Shown: positions 1-11,050 of the stretch, piece after piece
How the letters are laid out: every line of letters begins with the position of its first letter
Position numbering within the stretch: position 1 is the stretch's first letter
Source: Leucoraja ocellata
Lineage: Eukaryota
NCBI GenBank assembly: GCA_036785375.1
Contig: JAWMAR010000189.1
Coordinates: 3,162,001 to 3,226,000 of the forward strand
DNA length: 64,000 nucleotides
Direction: 5' to 3'
Notes under the pieces: generated by a model
The model's input: only the letters and a program-made list of their open reading frames with translations
Databases searched by the model: none
What the model was told of the DNA's origin: nothing
Made by a program: the position numbers and the translations under genes

Positions 1-159
1 ATTCCAGAGAAAACAATCCCAGTTTGTCCCACCTCTCCTTGTAGCTAATGCCCTCTAAACCAGGCATTGATATTGTAAACTGTACCCTGAGGCCTACTGA
101 GCAACTCTTTCAGTTCAAGGAGAAAGCCATGGTTCGGTTCAGATAAAAGCCAACCGTTA

Positions 160-880
160 GCCAGAGGGTGGTGAATCTGTGTCAGTTATTGCCACAGGCG
201 GCTGTGGAGGCCACGACATTGGGTATTTTAAAGCAGAGATTAACAGGTTCTTCATCAGTAAGGAGCCTGTCCCACTCGGGCGTCATTTACGCGAGAGGTC
301 TACAGTGATTGACGCGCAAAAATCATCTCGCAGTACGACAGTCGTGCGCCGAGTAGCACCAGTCTCCGTGACAAGGATTTTCCCAGTGAAAAAAATTCAA
401 AACTTGGCGCGCTTCCTACCCGGGTGATCACGTGGTGCGGCGCTCAAATGACGCGCAAATGGTGCGCCAACGCATGGTTACGGACGTTGACGTACGGTGA
501 TGCATAATACATTAGCATAGGCAATGTTTGTGCGTAACCATGAGTCACCACGCGCTCCGTGTACGCCAGCGTGCGTAACGGATACGTCACGCAGGTGTCG
601 CGCGAGGATTTTGAACGTTCCAAAATCCTGGGGCGATAGGGAAGCACGGCTTGTTACCACGCGTCATTGCATACGCCACCACGCCTCACCTCACCATGCG
701 CGAGTCACGACGCACCAAACAATTTTTAGGATGTCAAGTGGGACAGGCCCTTAAGGGTGTCAAAGTGAGAAGGCATGAGAACGGTGTTGAGAAGGAAAAA
801 TAGATCAGCCGTGATTAAATGCTGGAGCAGACCGGATCAGCCGAATGGCTTAACTCTGTTCCTTTGTCTTATGGTTTTAT
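160..880 (+). mobile_element. CR1 LINE 3' fragment, interrupted by a MITE
   Basis: cagagggtggtgaatctgtg (QRVVNLW) and 3'UTR gatcagccgtgattaaatg...ccgaatggc; continuous across the MITE at agTAA|gggtgtc. Confidence 0.85.
262..751. mobile_element. PIF/Harbinger-type MITE, CpG-rich
   Basis: TIRs ggagcctgtcccact / agtgggacaggccct; TAA duplicated at 259-261 and 752-754; removing it restores the CR1. Confidence 0.85.
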
Positions 881-1689
881 AGGCGTAGTTTAGTTCAGTT
901 TACTTGAGAGATGCAGGGATGCCTTTAGGCTCCTGGAACTTGTAATACCCCCATCCCTTCACCGACCTTCGCCACCTCCTAGTAACTCAGTGGAATGGAG
1001 GATGAAGTTACCTGATGTGCTCGGTAGGTTTTGTTGTCAGTGCCATTTTGATTCTGCTCTCTGCCAGAAACCTGTGGGATCAAAGCCATCCCATCTTGTC
1101 ACTGGATGACACAAAGTGCTGGAGTAACTCAGTGGGTCAGGCAACGTCTACGGGGAAGATGGATAGAGCAGCAGGGATCACAGAGAAGGAGGAGTGAGAG
1201 AGGTGTCTCACAGAGCTCCGAAACAAAACTAAACCAAACCTTGTACAATGGGCAAAACCAGGGCAAGTTGATTACTTTTTAAAGATTGGGTGACTTTTAA
1301 TTACTTTGGAGCGAATTAACGCGAGCATTTTGTACACAGAGGTGGAGCAGTCCTAATCTATTGTGGACGTACTGTGATTTAAGATAACGTTGTGTCCTCT
1401 TTTTATTGATTATACAAGAAGCATCCATTTATAAATGACTGCCAGCTTTTTTAAAGCAATTTTTGTTATTGGCACTCAAACAGCCACTAACTGGAGACGC
1501 GCTGCTCGGAAGTGGCTCGGGGCCATTTTAGCTCATCTCACGCTGGTGTCCCACACAATAGGTCTCTGGACTTACGCCTAGACTCTGCAATGATTACAAC
1601 AACAACATCCAACCTGACTGTCAGCTCCATTATTGAAGGCTAGCAGTCTGGAACGTTTCCCCTGTGGACAGTGACACAGTCTCTGAGCA

Positions 1690-1915
1690 TCAGGTAAGGT
1701 GAAGCCCAACCTAAATTGGAGGTACAGCACCTGATATTTCGCTAGGACAGCTTACACCACAGCTGTATGAACATTGACTTCTCTCTGTTGCTTTCTTGTT
1801 ACCTTCTCCCACTAACAATGATCTATTCTACATTTTCCTTGATATCCATTTCCATTGTCCTGTTTTCATACCTTACACTTCCTTATCTATGCACCTCCCT
1901 CTGCCCTGACATCAG
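1690..1915 (+). mobile_element. Degraded Penelope-like element 3' part (GIY-YIG end plus UTR)
   Basis: aaattggaggtacagcacctgatatttcgctagg resembles KLEEQHLIFRLG of the copy at 46733. Confidence 0.7.
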
Positions 1916-2169
1916 TTCCTTGTTTCCACATCACAAAGAGTGAACTGTGTTTCCCTTTCCTTGTAGCTCCTTTTTCCTTGTGCCTCGTTCACAAGACGGC
2001 GTGTAGCTTGCAATTCCATCCTTGATGTCCCAACCTTAGTACCCATGAATTAAAAAGCCAGTCACACACTGACAGGTCTGGAGAAACTTATGGGGTGAGG
2101 ACAGCAGAATGTTTGCCCTGGATGAACCCGATGATACACAACAATCTGGCCAGTTCTCACTTTCTGCTG

Positions 2170-2345
2170 AACACAAAGTGCTGGAGAAACTCAGCGGGTC
2201 GGGCAGCATCTCTGGAAGACATGGACAGGCGACGTTTCGGGATGCTGTCCTTCTTTAGAGTCCATGTGCCCCATTGTTGCTGCCAGACCCACTGAGTTTC
2301 TACCCCATTACTTTGAGTCCCAGGATCTGCAGTTCCTTGTGTCTG
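2170..2345. mobile_element. Inverted pair of Penelope-derived short repeats
   Basis: acacaaagtgctggagaaactcagcggg... followed by an oppositely oriented partial copy. Confidence 0.7.
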
Positions 2346-2384
2346 TTAAAACTTTCTAAACAAAATTCCAAATATACTTTATAA

Positions 2385-2482
2385 CTTGCATTTAAATTCC
2401 CCAGCTACCACAGTGGGATTCACACCAGCAATCAATGATCCAGATCCCTCGTTACTAGTCCAATAATGATTGCTACTGTGTC
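2385..2482 (-). mobile_element. Old tRNA-derived SINE head (similar relics at about 17865-17990 and 48090-48215)
   Basis: reverse strand ggactagtaa...gtgaatcccactgtggtagctggggaatttaaa (B-box-like). Confidence 0.5.
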
Positions 2483-2829
2483 CTACTGAGAATAAACAAT
2501 GAAATGCCTTGGTGCATTTTATGGTGTTAAAGGAAGTTGTTTGTGGTGACCTTTGTCTGTCTCACTCCTATGCAAAGGTCCTTCGTTGTCAGAAACGGAG
2601 CCTGCAACTAAATTGATCAATATCAAAACCGAATGTCCTTCTGAAAGCACCCTTCTACCTTGTCGTAAGGTGATCCTGCCCTAATCTTGGGGGGTTAATG
2701 TTGATCACCGCAGCGTGAAATTTGCTTCAGTGGCTTGGAACATCCTCAGACTCTCTCAGACAGTTTGAAGGTTCGACAATCCAGGGCTGACCGGGGAAAC
2801 AGTTGACGATGTATCGACGTTTGTGCAAA

Positions 2830-2972
2830 TTGGGCAACCAGGGCACCTGGAGGAAACCCACACAGTCACGGGGAGAACAAACTCCACACTGACAGCACCT
2901 GAGGTCAGGATCGAACCTGGGTCTCTGATGCTGTGAGGCGGTGGCTCTACCAGCTGTGCCACTGTGCCACAC
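2830..2972 (-). mobile_element. HE1-type V-SINE 5' part
   Basis: reverse gtggcacagtggcacagctggtagag...gacccaggttcgatcctgac (A/B boxes). Confidence 0.85.
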
Positions 2973-3056
2973 TGCTCCTTGCCTGCTATATATCTAACAT
3001 AAGCCCGTGGTGAGTGAGCTGGTCACTTGACTGTGAGCTATGTGTGTAGAAAGGTG

Positions 3057-3147
3057 GACACAAAATGCTGGAGTAACTCAGCGGGTCAGGCAGCGTCTCT
3101 GGAGAGAAGGAATAGGCGACGTTTCGGGTCGGAACCCTTCTTCAGGC
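3057..3147 (-). mobile_element. Penelope-derived short repeat with hammerhead motif
   Basis: gacgtttcgggtcggaacccttcttcag is the reverse of CTGAAGA-stemII-GAAACGTC. Confidence 0.8.
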
Positions 3148-3828
3148 TAAATGTGTAATCTTTGTTTCCTTTACACTGTGTGGCATCACTGTCTAACGGG
3201 AGACAATCCACTTCTGTGAGCTCAATGTATATCCTTATCAGCTGTAGGCTGTGTGTTCACACTGTGTAACAGTGGGCAATTCAGTCCTGCCAAATACTAT
3301 AGAATTATAATGTATTGGAGGCCACTGTGTTAGCGCACATGAACTTTGCAAGCTGCGGTGCATTTAGAGGATGAGTTGATAGCACAGAGCAGGGAAAGCC
3401 ATTACTGAGTTGCCTGGCAACTGGGATGGACATAAATATGAAGGCATTGTTCTTCCCCCATATAATGAATGCTTGCACAAATGGCTCCACGCACCCCGTA
3501 TAAACAGTGCAACTTCACTCCGCACAACATTCCCATTCTGTACAAACAGAGCGCATCTCCTGTACAAACAGCAGTGCTCTCTTCCGGAGAAGCCGGCAAT
3601 ATCAACGGCCTTCTGTGTAAATACAGGTGCCTGGACGTTGACCAGGACAGTGGGACTAAACGCGCTTTAACGGAAGCGCAGCATGCCGTACGCTGAAACT
3701 CATCCAGCCGACTTTAATGAGTTTTGGAGGCCGAGAACAATGTACTGATGAGATTCTATCATCGTGCCCTTTGTGATTGTGGAGGGATTTCAAGGCAAGG
3801 CCATTATTTCCTGTACAGTCCTGTAGCC

Positions 3829-4200
3829 CAGTGGTTCCAACCTTTATTAGCTCATGGCCCCCTTGGGGTCTTTTAATTTTTCCTTCCCCCCCCCCCCCCC
3901 CGAGACATTATTAGCGGGAAAAAAAGTACTTCAATATTATAATATCTTCCATAAAAATATCAGTGTCTAGTAATTGCACATATATTCTCTTTTATTCTAT
4001 GCCACAAACATCAAAAATATTTCAACTACATAGATTTAAATTTATTACAACTGAAATTTAGGAGGCAACAGGGTGGTAGCTCTGTGGCCCCTTTCATTGA
4101 ACCTGTGGGCCCCTAAATCCCCAAATTTGTCTGTGACCCCCTGAAATTAGCCATGGTAATTGGTCATTTGCCCAATAGCAAATTTGGTTGGGAATCACTG
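3829..4200. mobile_element. Non-autonomous hAT (Charlie-like) DNA transposon
   Basis: TIRs cagtggttccaacc / ggttgggaatcactg; perfect 8-bp TSD CTGTAGCC at 3821-3828 and 4201-4208. Confidence 0.9.
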
Positions 4201-4343
4201 CTGTAGCCTGCCATCATGAGGTAGGTCTCTGGGAAGTTCATAAAGCACTCATTTACATTGGTCCGACATCATTCTCATCGTTAATTATCACCACCAACTC
4301 ATCAACTCACCCACACACAGTGGCCAATTAAATTATCATCCGT

Positions 4344-4432
4344 CTGAAGAAGGGTCCCAACCCGAAATGTCAACTATCCACGTCCTCCAGAGTTGCTGCC
4401 TGGCCCGCTGCGTTATTCCGGCACTTTGAGTC
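4344..4432 (+). mobile_element. Penelope-derived short repeat
   Basis: ctgaagaagggtcccaacccgaaatgtc...gctgcctggcccgctg. Confidence 0.8.
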
Positions 4433-4454
4433 TTGTGTTTTTGTTTATGCTTAT

Positions 4455-4740
4455 GTTTAGGCTATGTTTATGGTTAGAGATACGGTGTGGAAACAAGCCC
4501 TTTGGCCCACCCAGTCCACACCGACCCATTCACACGAGTTCCATGCTATCCCACGTTCACATTCCACACACCAAGGCCAATTGACAGAAGCCAATTAACC
4601 AACAAACCTGCACATAATTGGGAGGAAACTGGAGAAACCCACACACTCACAGGGAGAAGAGAGGAACTCTCATGCAGACGCCACCCAAGGTGAGGATCAA
4701 ACCTGGGTGTCTGGTGTTGTGAAGCAATAACTCCAGTGTG
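4455..4740 (-). mobile_element. HE1-type V-SINE
   Basis: agatacggtgtggaaacaagccctttggccc...ggatcaaacctgggt. Confidence 0.8.
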
Positions 4741-4869
4741 GTTGGAAAGCAGCATCTGGAGCTCTTTGGATTCACAATTAAATTATCATCTTTGAGATGT
4801 GGAAGGAAGCCAGGATTCCTGAGGAAACTCTCAAGGAGAGAATGTCCCATAGACATGTCCCATCCCACA

Positions 4870-5097
4870 TGATCACACAACGGTGGTGGGTGTATGGAAC
4901 GAGCTGCCACAGGAGGTAGTTGAGGTTGGGACTATTGCAACATTTAAGAAACTATTAGATAAGTACAAGGATAGGACAGGTTTGGAGGGTTATGGGCCAA
5001 ATGCAGGCAGGTGGGATTAGTGTAGAGGGGACATGTTGGTGGGCGTGGGCAAGTTGGGCCAAAGAGCCTCTTTCCACACTGTACGACTCTATGACAC
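4870..5097 (+). mobile_element. HER1-type CR1 LINE 3' end
   Basis: gtggtgggtgtatggaacgagctgcc...gggcaagttgggcc...gactctatgac tail. Confidence 0.8.
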
Positions 5098-5634
5098 TAC
5101 CTAAGGTCAGGATTGAACCCAGGTGCCTGGCATTGTAAGACAGTGGCTATCCCCGGTGTATCACCCAGTAACAGTGAGGTACTTTAACGTCGCAAGAAAG
5201 GGGATACAAAGACGGGGGGAAAAGTCGTTGGGGAACCAGAAACAAAGAGCAAGTCAAGAGTCGGAAAAGTACCAACACTCACATTAGCCAGAGCTGAACT
5301 ACAACATAGAGCTTTCAATTATTCCAACGCTATTAAGTTATCGACAGGATTATTTTGTGATATCTCCTGTTACTTGGGTATTTTCCAAAAAAAGTCTGTC
5401 TTGTGCAGATTAGATTTTGTCTTTGCCTCTCTTGTTAAACACAACCCGTTTTGAGTTACAGTGGCAGTGAGCAGGGAGATCCAGTTTCTGCTAATGGGAG
5501 GCATTAAGCTTGGCATGAAGCTTCACGGATCTGCTCTCGAGAGTCTGCTCAGCCACAAACCAGGGAAGTTGGGAAGCCATCCAACACCAAAATATCCTTC
5601 CAGTTATTGAGCAAGAAATCAAATACCTTTGTGG

Positions 5635-5900
5635 GGGAGATGGGGAGGGTGTGTAATCTGCATGAGGGGTACTGTAGGGAGAGGCGTGGGGGAGAAGGGG
5701 GTGAAGAGGGGATGAAGGAGAGGGGAGGAAGAGAGGGAGGGGAAGGGGCAACGGGAGGGGGGGAGGAAGGGGAGAGTGGGCGACGGTGAGGGGAGGAGGA
5801 GTGTGAGGGGAGGAGGGGAAGGGAGGAGGAGAGGAGGAGGAGGAGAGGAAGGGGGGGTGGAGGTGGGACAGGGAGGGGATGGGGAAAGGAAGAGGGGAAT
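5635..5900 (+). repeat. GA-rich polypurine low-complexity tract
   Basis: nearly all G/A with many G-runs. Confidence 0.9.
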
Positions 5901-5974
5901 ATCTATGAGGGGAACGTGACTGAGGAAATTGGGCATGATGTAGTGTTGAAACAATTGGGCTTTAAAATGTCTGG

Positions 5975-6362
5975 GAAGGAACTGCAGTTTACACTGAAGA
6001 CAGACACGAAATGCTGGAGTAACTCAGCGGGTCAGGCAGCATCTCTGGAGAAAAGGAATAGGTGATGTTTCGGGTCAAGAACCTTCTTCAGACGGAGAGT
6101 CAGGGGAGAGGGAACAGAGAGAGATGAAAAGGTGCAAAGAATAAATGAATGAAACATATGCAAAAAGACAGATCAAAGCCAGCAACAATGATCAAGGAAA
6201 GGTGGAGCCCACAATGGTACATTGTTGGCTGTGGAGAAGGTGATAATGAGTGATGCAAAGAGTGAAACTCAGCAGAACGACAGTGAAACTAGTAGGAAGG
6301 CTAGGGTGATGGGAGAGGGAGGGGATGCAAGGTTTACTTGAAGTTAGAGAAATCAATATATG
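5975..6362 (-). mobile_element. Penelope-like element 3' end
   Basis: short repeat plus UTR ending ttacttgaagttagagaaatcaatat (reverse of NIDFSNFK*). Confidence 0.8.
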
Positions 6363-6364
6363 GA

Positions 6365-6845
6365 GCTCCAACACTGGCGAGCTCGGCGAAAGATCCCAGG
6401 CCTCCGCGATGTTTAAAGTCAGCGCCGCCCGCGGCTGAAAGCTCCGCAGCCCACAGCTCCACAGCAGCCCCAGCACTCTGGAGCCTCCAACACGGTGACC
6501 CCAGCAAGGCATAGGCCGCTCCGCGATGGCGCCCCAATGCCGCGCCGCCGCTGAAGCCGAAGCTCTGGCCGGTCTCCGGCAGGAAAGGCCACGCCAATCC
6601 ATATGCTAGGCCGCAAGGAGGAGGCGAAGATTTTGGCTCGGAGGAAAGACGCATCCTCGACCCAGGTAGCTACTGCGAAAAACAGGTTCCCCCCCCACAT
6701 AAAAAGACTAAAAGATCTCCAAAACAAAACTTTTGACATACTAATAATTTAAAAAAGGATGAAAGTACGAACAGCTGGAAACGAGGCTGCCACACTCGAT
6801 GGCACATAAATGCCACACTCGATGCCACACTCGATGGCACCACCA
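6365..6845 (-). mobile_element. CpG-rich 5' part of a non-autonomous retroelement (layout similar to 58716-59365)
   Basis: reverse strand gtggcagcctcg, T-rich block, atgtggggggg, GC-rich body; short gccacactcgat repeats at the junction. Confidence 0.5.
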
Positions 6846-6876
6846 CAAGGAACAGCAATTGCTGGTTTATAAAAAA

Positions 6877-7072
6877 AAGACACTCAATGCTGGAGTAACT
6901 CAGCTGGTCAGACAGTAACTGTGGAGAACATGGATGGGGGACGTGCAGGTCAGGACTCCTCTTCAGACTGGAGGGGTGAACTCTTCACTCTGAAGAAGGG
7001 TCCCGATCCAAAACGTCACCTATCCACGTTCTCCAGAGATGCTTCCTGTCCGGTTGAGTTACTCCAGCACTT
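6877..7072. mobile_element. Head-to-head pair of Penelope-derived repeats
   Basis: ...ccttcttcagact (minus) and ctgaagaagggtcccgatccaaaacgtc (plus). Confidence 0.8.
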
Positions 7073-7388
7073 ACCCCACCTGTAATTCAGGGTACTGTAA
7101 CAACATTTAAAAGACAAATGGACAGGCACATGGATAGGAACGGTTTAGAGGGATATGGGCTAGACTGGGTAGATGGGAAAGTTGGGCCGAATGGCCTGAT
7201 TCCATGCTGTATGATTGCGAATCGCTTTCCAATCCAATGGAGACACTGGGTCTGGATTGATCCAAGTCCAAACCAGGGCCATTACCAACCCTCCAGTCTC
7301 CTTCCACCTGCTTCCAAATCCGGCCTTCCTAATCTTTTGTTCCACATGGCTTCTAAACAAACCCTCCTACTTTTCCTCAGACATCTAA

Positions 7389-7728
7389 AGGTTCTGTCCC
7401 ACTTTCACGGCCAAATTCACCACCTTTTTTTACTTGTAGACATTTTTCATCAGGCTAGAAAAATGCCCGTTTCGGCCCGAAACGTTGCCTATTTCCTTCG
7501 CTCCTTAGATGCTGCTGCACCCGCTGAGTTTCTCCAGCATTTTTGTGTATCTTCGATTTTCCAGCATCTGCAGTTCCTTCTTAAACACCCCGACCTACTT
7601 GATGGCACGAGTACCTACGACTAGCATCACGACCTACCTACGACCTCGTGACGACCATGCTGCGAGGATGAGTCAAGGGCAAACTCGGCAGAGGTCGTGA
7701 ATTAGGTCGTGAAAGTGGGACAGGCCCT
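7389..7728. mobile_element. Harbinger-type MITE with a nested Penelope repeat (7469-7587)
   Basis: TIRs aggttctgtcccactttcacg / cgtgaaagtgggacaggccct; flanks TAA/TTA. Confidence 0.85.
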
Positions 7729-7865
7729 TTAGAGCTTTCCCCAGAAGCAACAGCTGGAGGGAAGAATCCACGAGGTACCAGCTACTGAAAGATGCCCAGA
7801 CACCCATCAGGAGGCAACCTGTGGTATCTCAACTAACCTGCGGCCAGAACCACCTCATTGGCCAG

Positions 7866-8120
7866 TCATAAGGTCATAAAGAGTCATTTGGCCCATCAAG
7901 TCTACTCTGCCATTCAATCATGGCTGATCTCTCCCTCCTAACCTCGTTCTCCTGCCTTCTCCCCATAACCCCCCGACACCCATATTAATCAAGAATCTAT
8001 CTATCTCTGTCAGAAAATATCCACTGACTTGGCCTCCACTGTCTTCTGTGGCAAATAATTCCACAGATTCACCACCCTCTGACTAAAGAGATTACTCATC
8101 ATCTCCTTCCTCAAAGAACG
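7866..8120 (-). mobile_element. CR1 3' end
   Basis: cataaggtcat tail; ccattcaatcatggctgatc; ttccacagattcaccaccctctg. Confidence 0.85.
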
Positions 8121-8724
8121 CCTCCATCCACTCCCCAGGATAACAAAACCCAAGAGAGAGAAAGCGGATGACTTTGAGACAACTCCCACTCACCTCTTCC
8201 TCACACACCTTAAACTATCAGCTGCCACCTGTGGAGAATCCAAAATGCAGACAATTTCTGAATTACACACACACACGCACACATTTCAATTTAAAAAAAA
8301 AATCCATTATGGAGTCATGAGCATTGAAGACAAAACCGTCATTTGGAGATCATTCTTGAGAGCAATGCACCATGTGATTCAATAAGCACTTTAGTACCAT
8401 ACCGTTGCATGTCATTAGTCAGTGGAGGATGAGCTCGAAGCACACATTTTGACATATAATTCCTCACTGAAATGTGACCATGAAGCGACTCATTAAGTCT
8501 GCCGGCAGTGAAAAACAAATTTGGTTGTGTCATTTGCCTTTCAAATTCTACCTTGTCGCCAGGGATCCACACGTTCCTCTCTTCGTAGGAAAGGACCCTC
8601 ATTCTGTTTTTTGCATTAAACCCAGCTTCAGACCTCGACTGATCCCAGAATCCAGAGTCAGGTCCAGGAATAAAAGGTGACACATTTAGAAAGACCCAAC
8701 AAAGACCAACACAGTCTGTTGAGG

Positions 8725-9005
8725 TCCCGCCTCACAGCGCCAGAGACCCGGGTTCAATCCTGACCTCGGGTGCTTAGTGCGTGGAGTGCAAGCTCTCCCT
8801 GTGACTGCGTGGGTTTCCTCCGGGTGCTCTGGTTTCCTCCCACATCCCAAAGGCGTGCGGGGTTGAGTCTTAATTGGCTTCTGTAAAATTGTCGGGAAGA
8901 GACAAGAAAGTGGGATGACCTAGAACTAGTGTGAACAGGTGATCAATGGTCGGCATGGACTTGGTGGGCAGAAGGGCCTGTTTTAGTGCTGGATCTTTCA
9001 ATCAA
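8725..9005 (+). mobile_element. HE1-type V-SINE
   Basis: cctcacagcgccagagacccgggttcaatcctgacc...gaagggcctgtt. Confidence 0.85.
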
Positions 9006-9082
9006 TCTTTCTATTAGGGGTGGATTACATAGGATATATGGCAGAGAAATGGTTCATTTGGCCCAACGGTAAATGCTGGCAT

Positions 9083-9370
9083 TTAGTTTAGTTTAGTTTA
9101 GTTTAGTTTAGTTTAGTTTAGTTTAGTTGAGAGATACAGCGTGAAAACAGGCCCTTCGGCTGACCGAGTCTGCACCGACCAATGATCCCTGTACAAAGAA
9201 CTCTCCGACACACACGGGACAATTTTTAATTGTTAATTTTACCAAGGCTGTATGCCTTGGAGCTTGGGAGAAAACAGGAGCACCTGGAGAAAACCCACGT
9301 GGTCCGTATAGACAGCACCCGTGTTCAGGATCGAACCAGGGTCTCTACCGCTGCGCCACCGTGCCGCCCC
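9083..9370 (-). mobile_element. HE1-type V-SINE with expanded (TTTAG)n tail
   Basis: (tttag)9 then gagatacagcgtgaaaacaggcccttcgg...ctaccgctgcgccaccgtgccgccc. Confidence 0.85.
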
Positions 9371-10107
9371 AAATGGACCGCGGGTGGAAAAAGCAAGAGG
9401 GCTTGAAGGCCTTGTCGAGTGTGGAACGCGCGAGTATTCATCAGAGCGAGTGGGGCCCGCAGAGGTGAAAGAGAAGATGGTCGGGGAAGTGGGGACTGGA
9501 GGTTCCGAGAACGTTACTTGGTGAGAGTTAACGTATCACATGGCACGCATTCGCGACGTGACTCATCGCTGTCTGCACGGGGAAACACGCCGGTCCTGGT
9601 GGGGTTTGAATAACAAAAACCCTGCTTACCGTAGTCTCAATAATATGCCAAAAATCAATACGGTATTAATGTAACACTCAAATATTGAATAGCTGGACAT
9701 GCATTACGTGAGTCGCTGCCTTGTCTGGATTGTTTTATTGTGACAGATCAGAGAGGCTTTGCAAGCTTTTATATTACATTTTAATCAATAATGAGCGAGG
9801 ACTTAAAATGCCGATTCAAAGGCCGTTCACCCCCCCACAGTAAAGTGCTGCTGTTACAGAAACCGTGGCCCCTGCACACACCAAGCATAAAGGGCTGTCA
9901 ACATTCCCTGCCCCACTCCCGGCCTCACAACAAACAGGCAGCTTGCGCTGTGCTGGGAGACTGTGGAGGGATGAAGGGTTCACCCATGGTCATTTCTGCA
10001 CCTACCCTCCCGCCCTCTCCCCGTTCATCCACTCAATCTGAAGAAGGGTCCCGACCCGAACTGCCACGCAGCAGGCAACCGAACCATCCCACCACAACGA
10101 GAGAATC

Positions 10108-10663
10108 TCTGGAGTTTAGAGGAATGAGAGGGGGACCTCAATGCAACATGTGATCGATGGTCGGCATGGGGTGGGAGATTGCAACCTTCACGTGGTCCGC
10201 CCTGTTTCGACCAATGCAATCAACCCCGCGTGCACAATCAAATAAGATCAAACAGAACAAGCTGGCCCGCAACTCTAGGCTGTGCACGCCTTACGCAAGA
10301 AGAAGAATGCAACATACAGAATGGTGAAAGGCCTGGATGGGATGGATGTGGAGAGTCTAGGACTAGAGGTCACAGCCTCAGAATTAAAGGACGTTCTTTT
10401 AGGAAGAGTTGAGGAGAAATTTCTTTAGTCAGAGGGTGGTGAATCTGTGGAATTCTTTGCCACAAGACTGTGGAGGCCAAGTCAGTGGGTATTATTAAGG
10501 CGGAGATAGATAGATTCTTGATTAGTACGGGTGTCAGAGGTTATGGGGGTGAAGGCAGGAGAATGGGGTTAGGAGGGAGAGATAGATCAGCCATGATTGA
10601 ATGGCGGAGTAGACTTGATGGGCCGAATGGCCTAATTCTACCCCAATTCCTCATGACCTTATG
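10108..10663 (+). mobile_element. CR1 3' end (interrupted at 10150-10305)
   Basis: ctggagtttagaggaatgagagggg (LEFRxMRGD), GESRTRGHSLRIK, atgaccttatga tail. Confidence 0.85.
10150..10305 (+). mobile_element. Short (GAA)n-tailed retroposon of unrecognised family
   Basis: 10-bp TSD AATGCAACAT at 10140-10149 and 10306-10315; ends gcaagaagaag. Confidence 0.75.
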
Positions 10664-10784
10664 AGGGCAGTCCTGAACTACCATCTCACACATTGGTGAC
10701 CCTCGGACTGTCTTCGATTGGACTTTACCTTGCATCAAACGTTTGCCCATATCATGTATCTGTACACTGTTAATGGCTTAATTA

Positions 10785-11050
10785 ATAGAGAAGAGGGGTG
10801 AAATGAAAGGGGGGGGGGGCGAGGGGGTAAAGAGAACTATGGGGAGGTGGCAAGGAAGAGGAGAGAGGAGGCGGTGAGGAAGAGAGGATGAAGGAAAGAC
10901 TGGGGAAAGAGAGGAAAGCGGACGCTCTTGAGAACAAGGGGTGGATAGAGGATGGAGGGATGAATAAGAAGGACAGAAGGGGAAGGGAAGAGAAGAGAAG
11001 AAGGGAAAGGAGGTGGTGGAGAGGTACCGGAAGAGGTAGCTCATGGCAGA
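10785..11050 (+). repeat. GA-rich polypurine tract
   Basis: composition. Confidence 0.85.

Noticed and set aside
4218-4240. TGAGGTAG let-7-like seed
   Set aside because: Downstream sequence does not match let-7 and no precursor hairpin is evident
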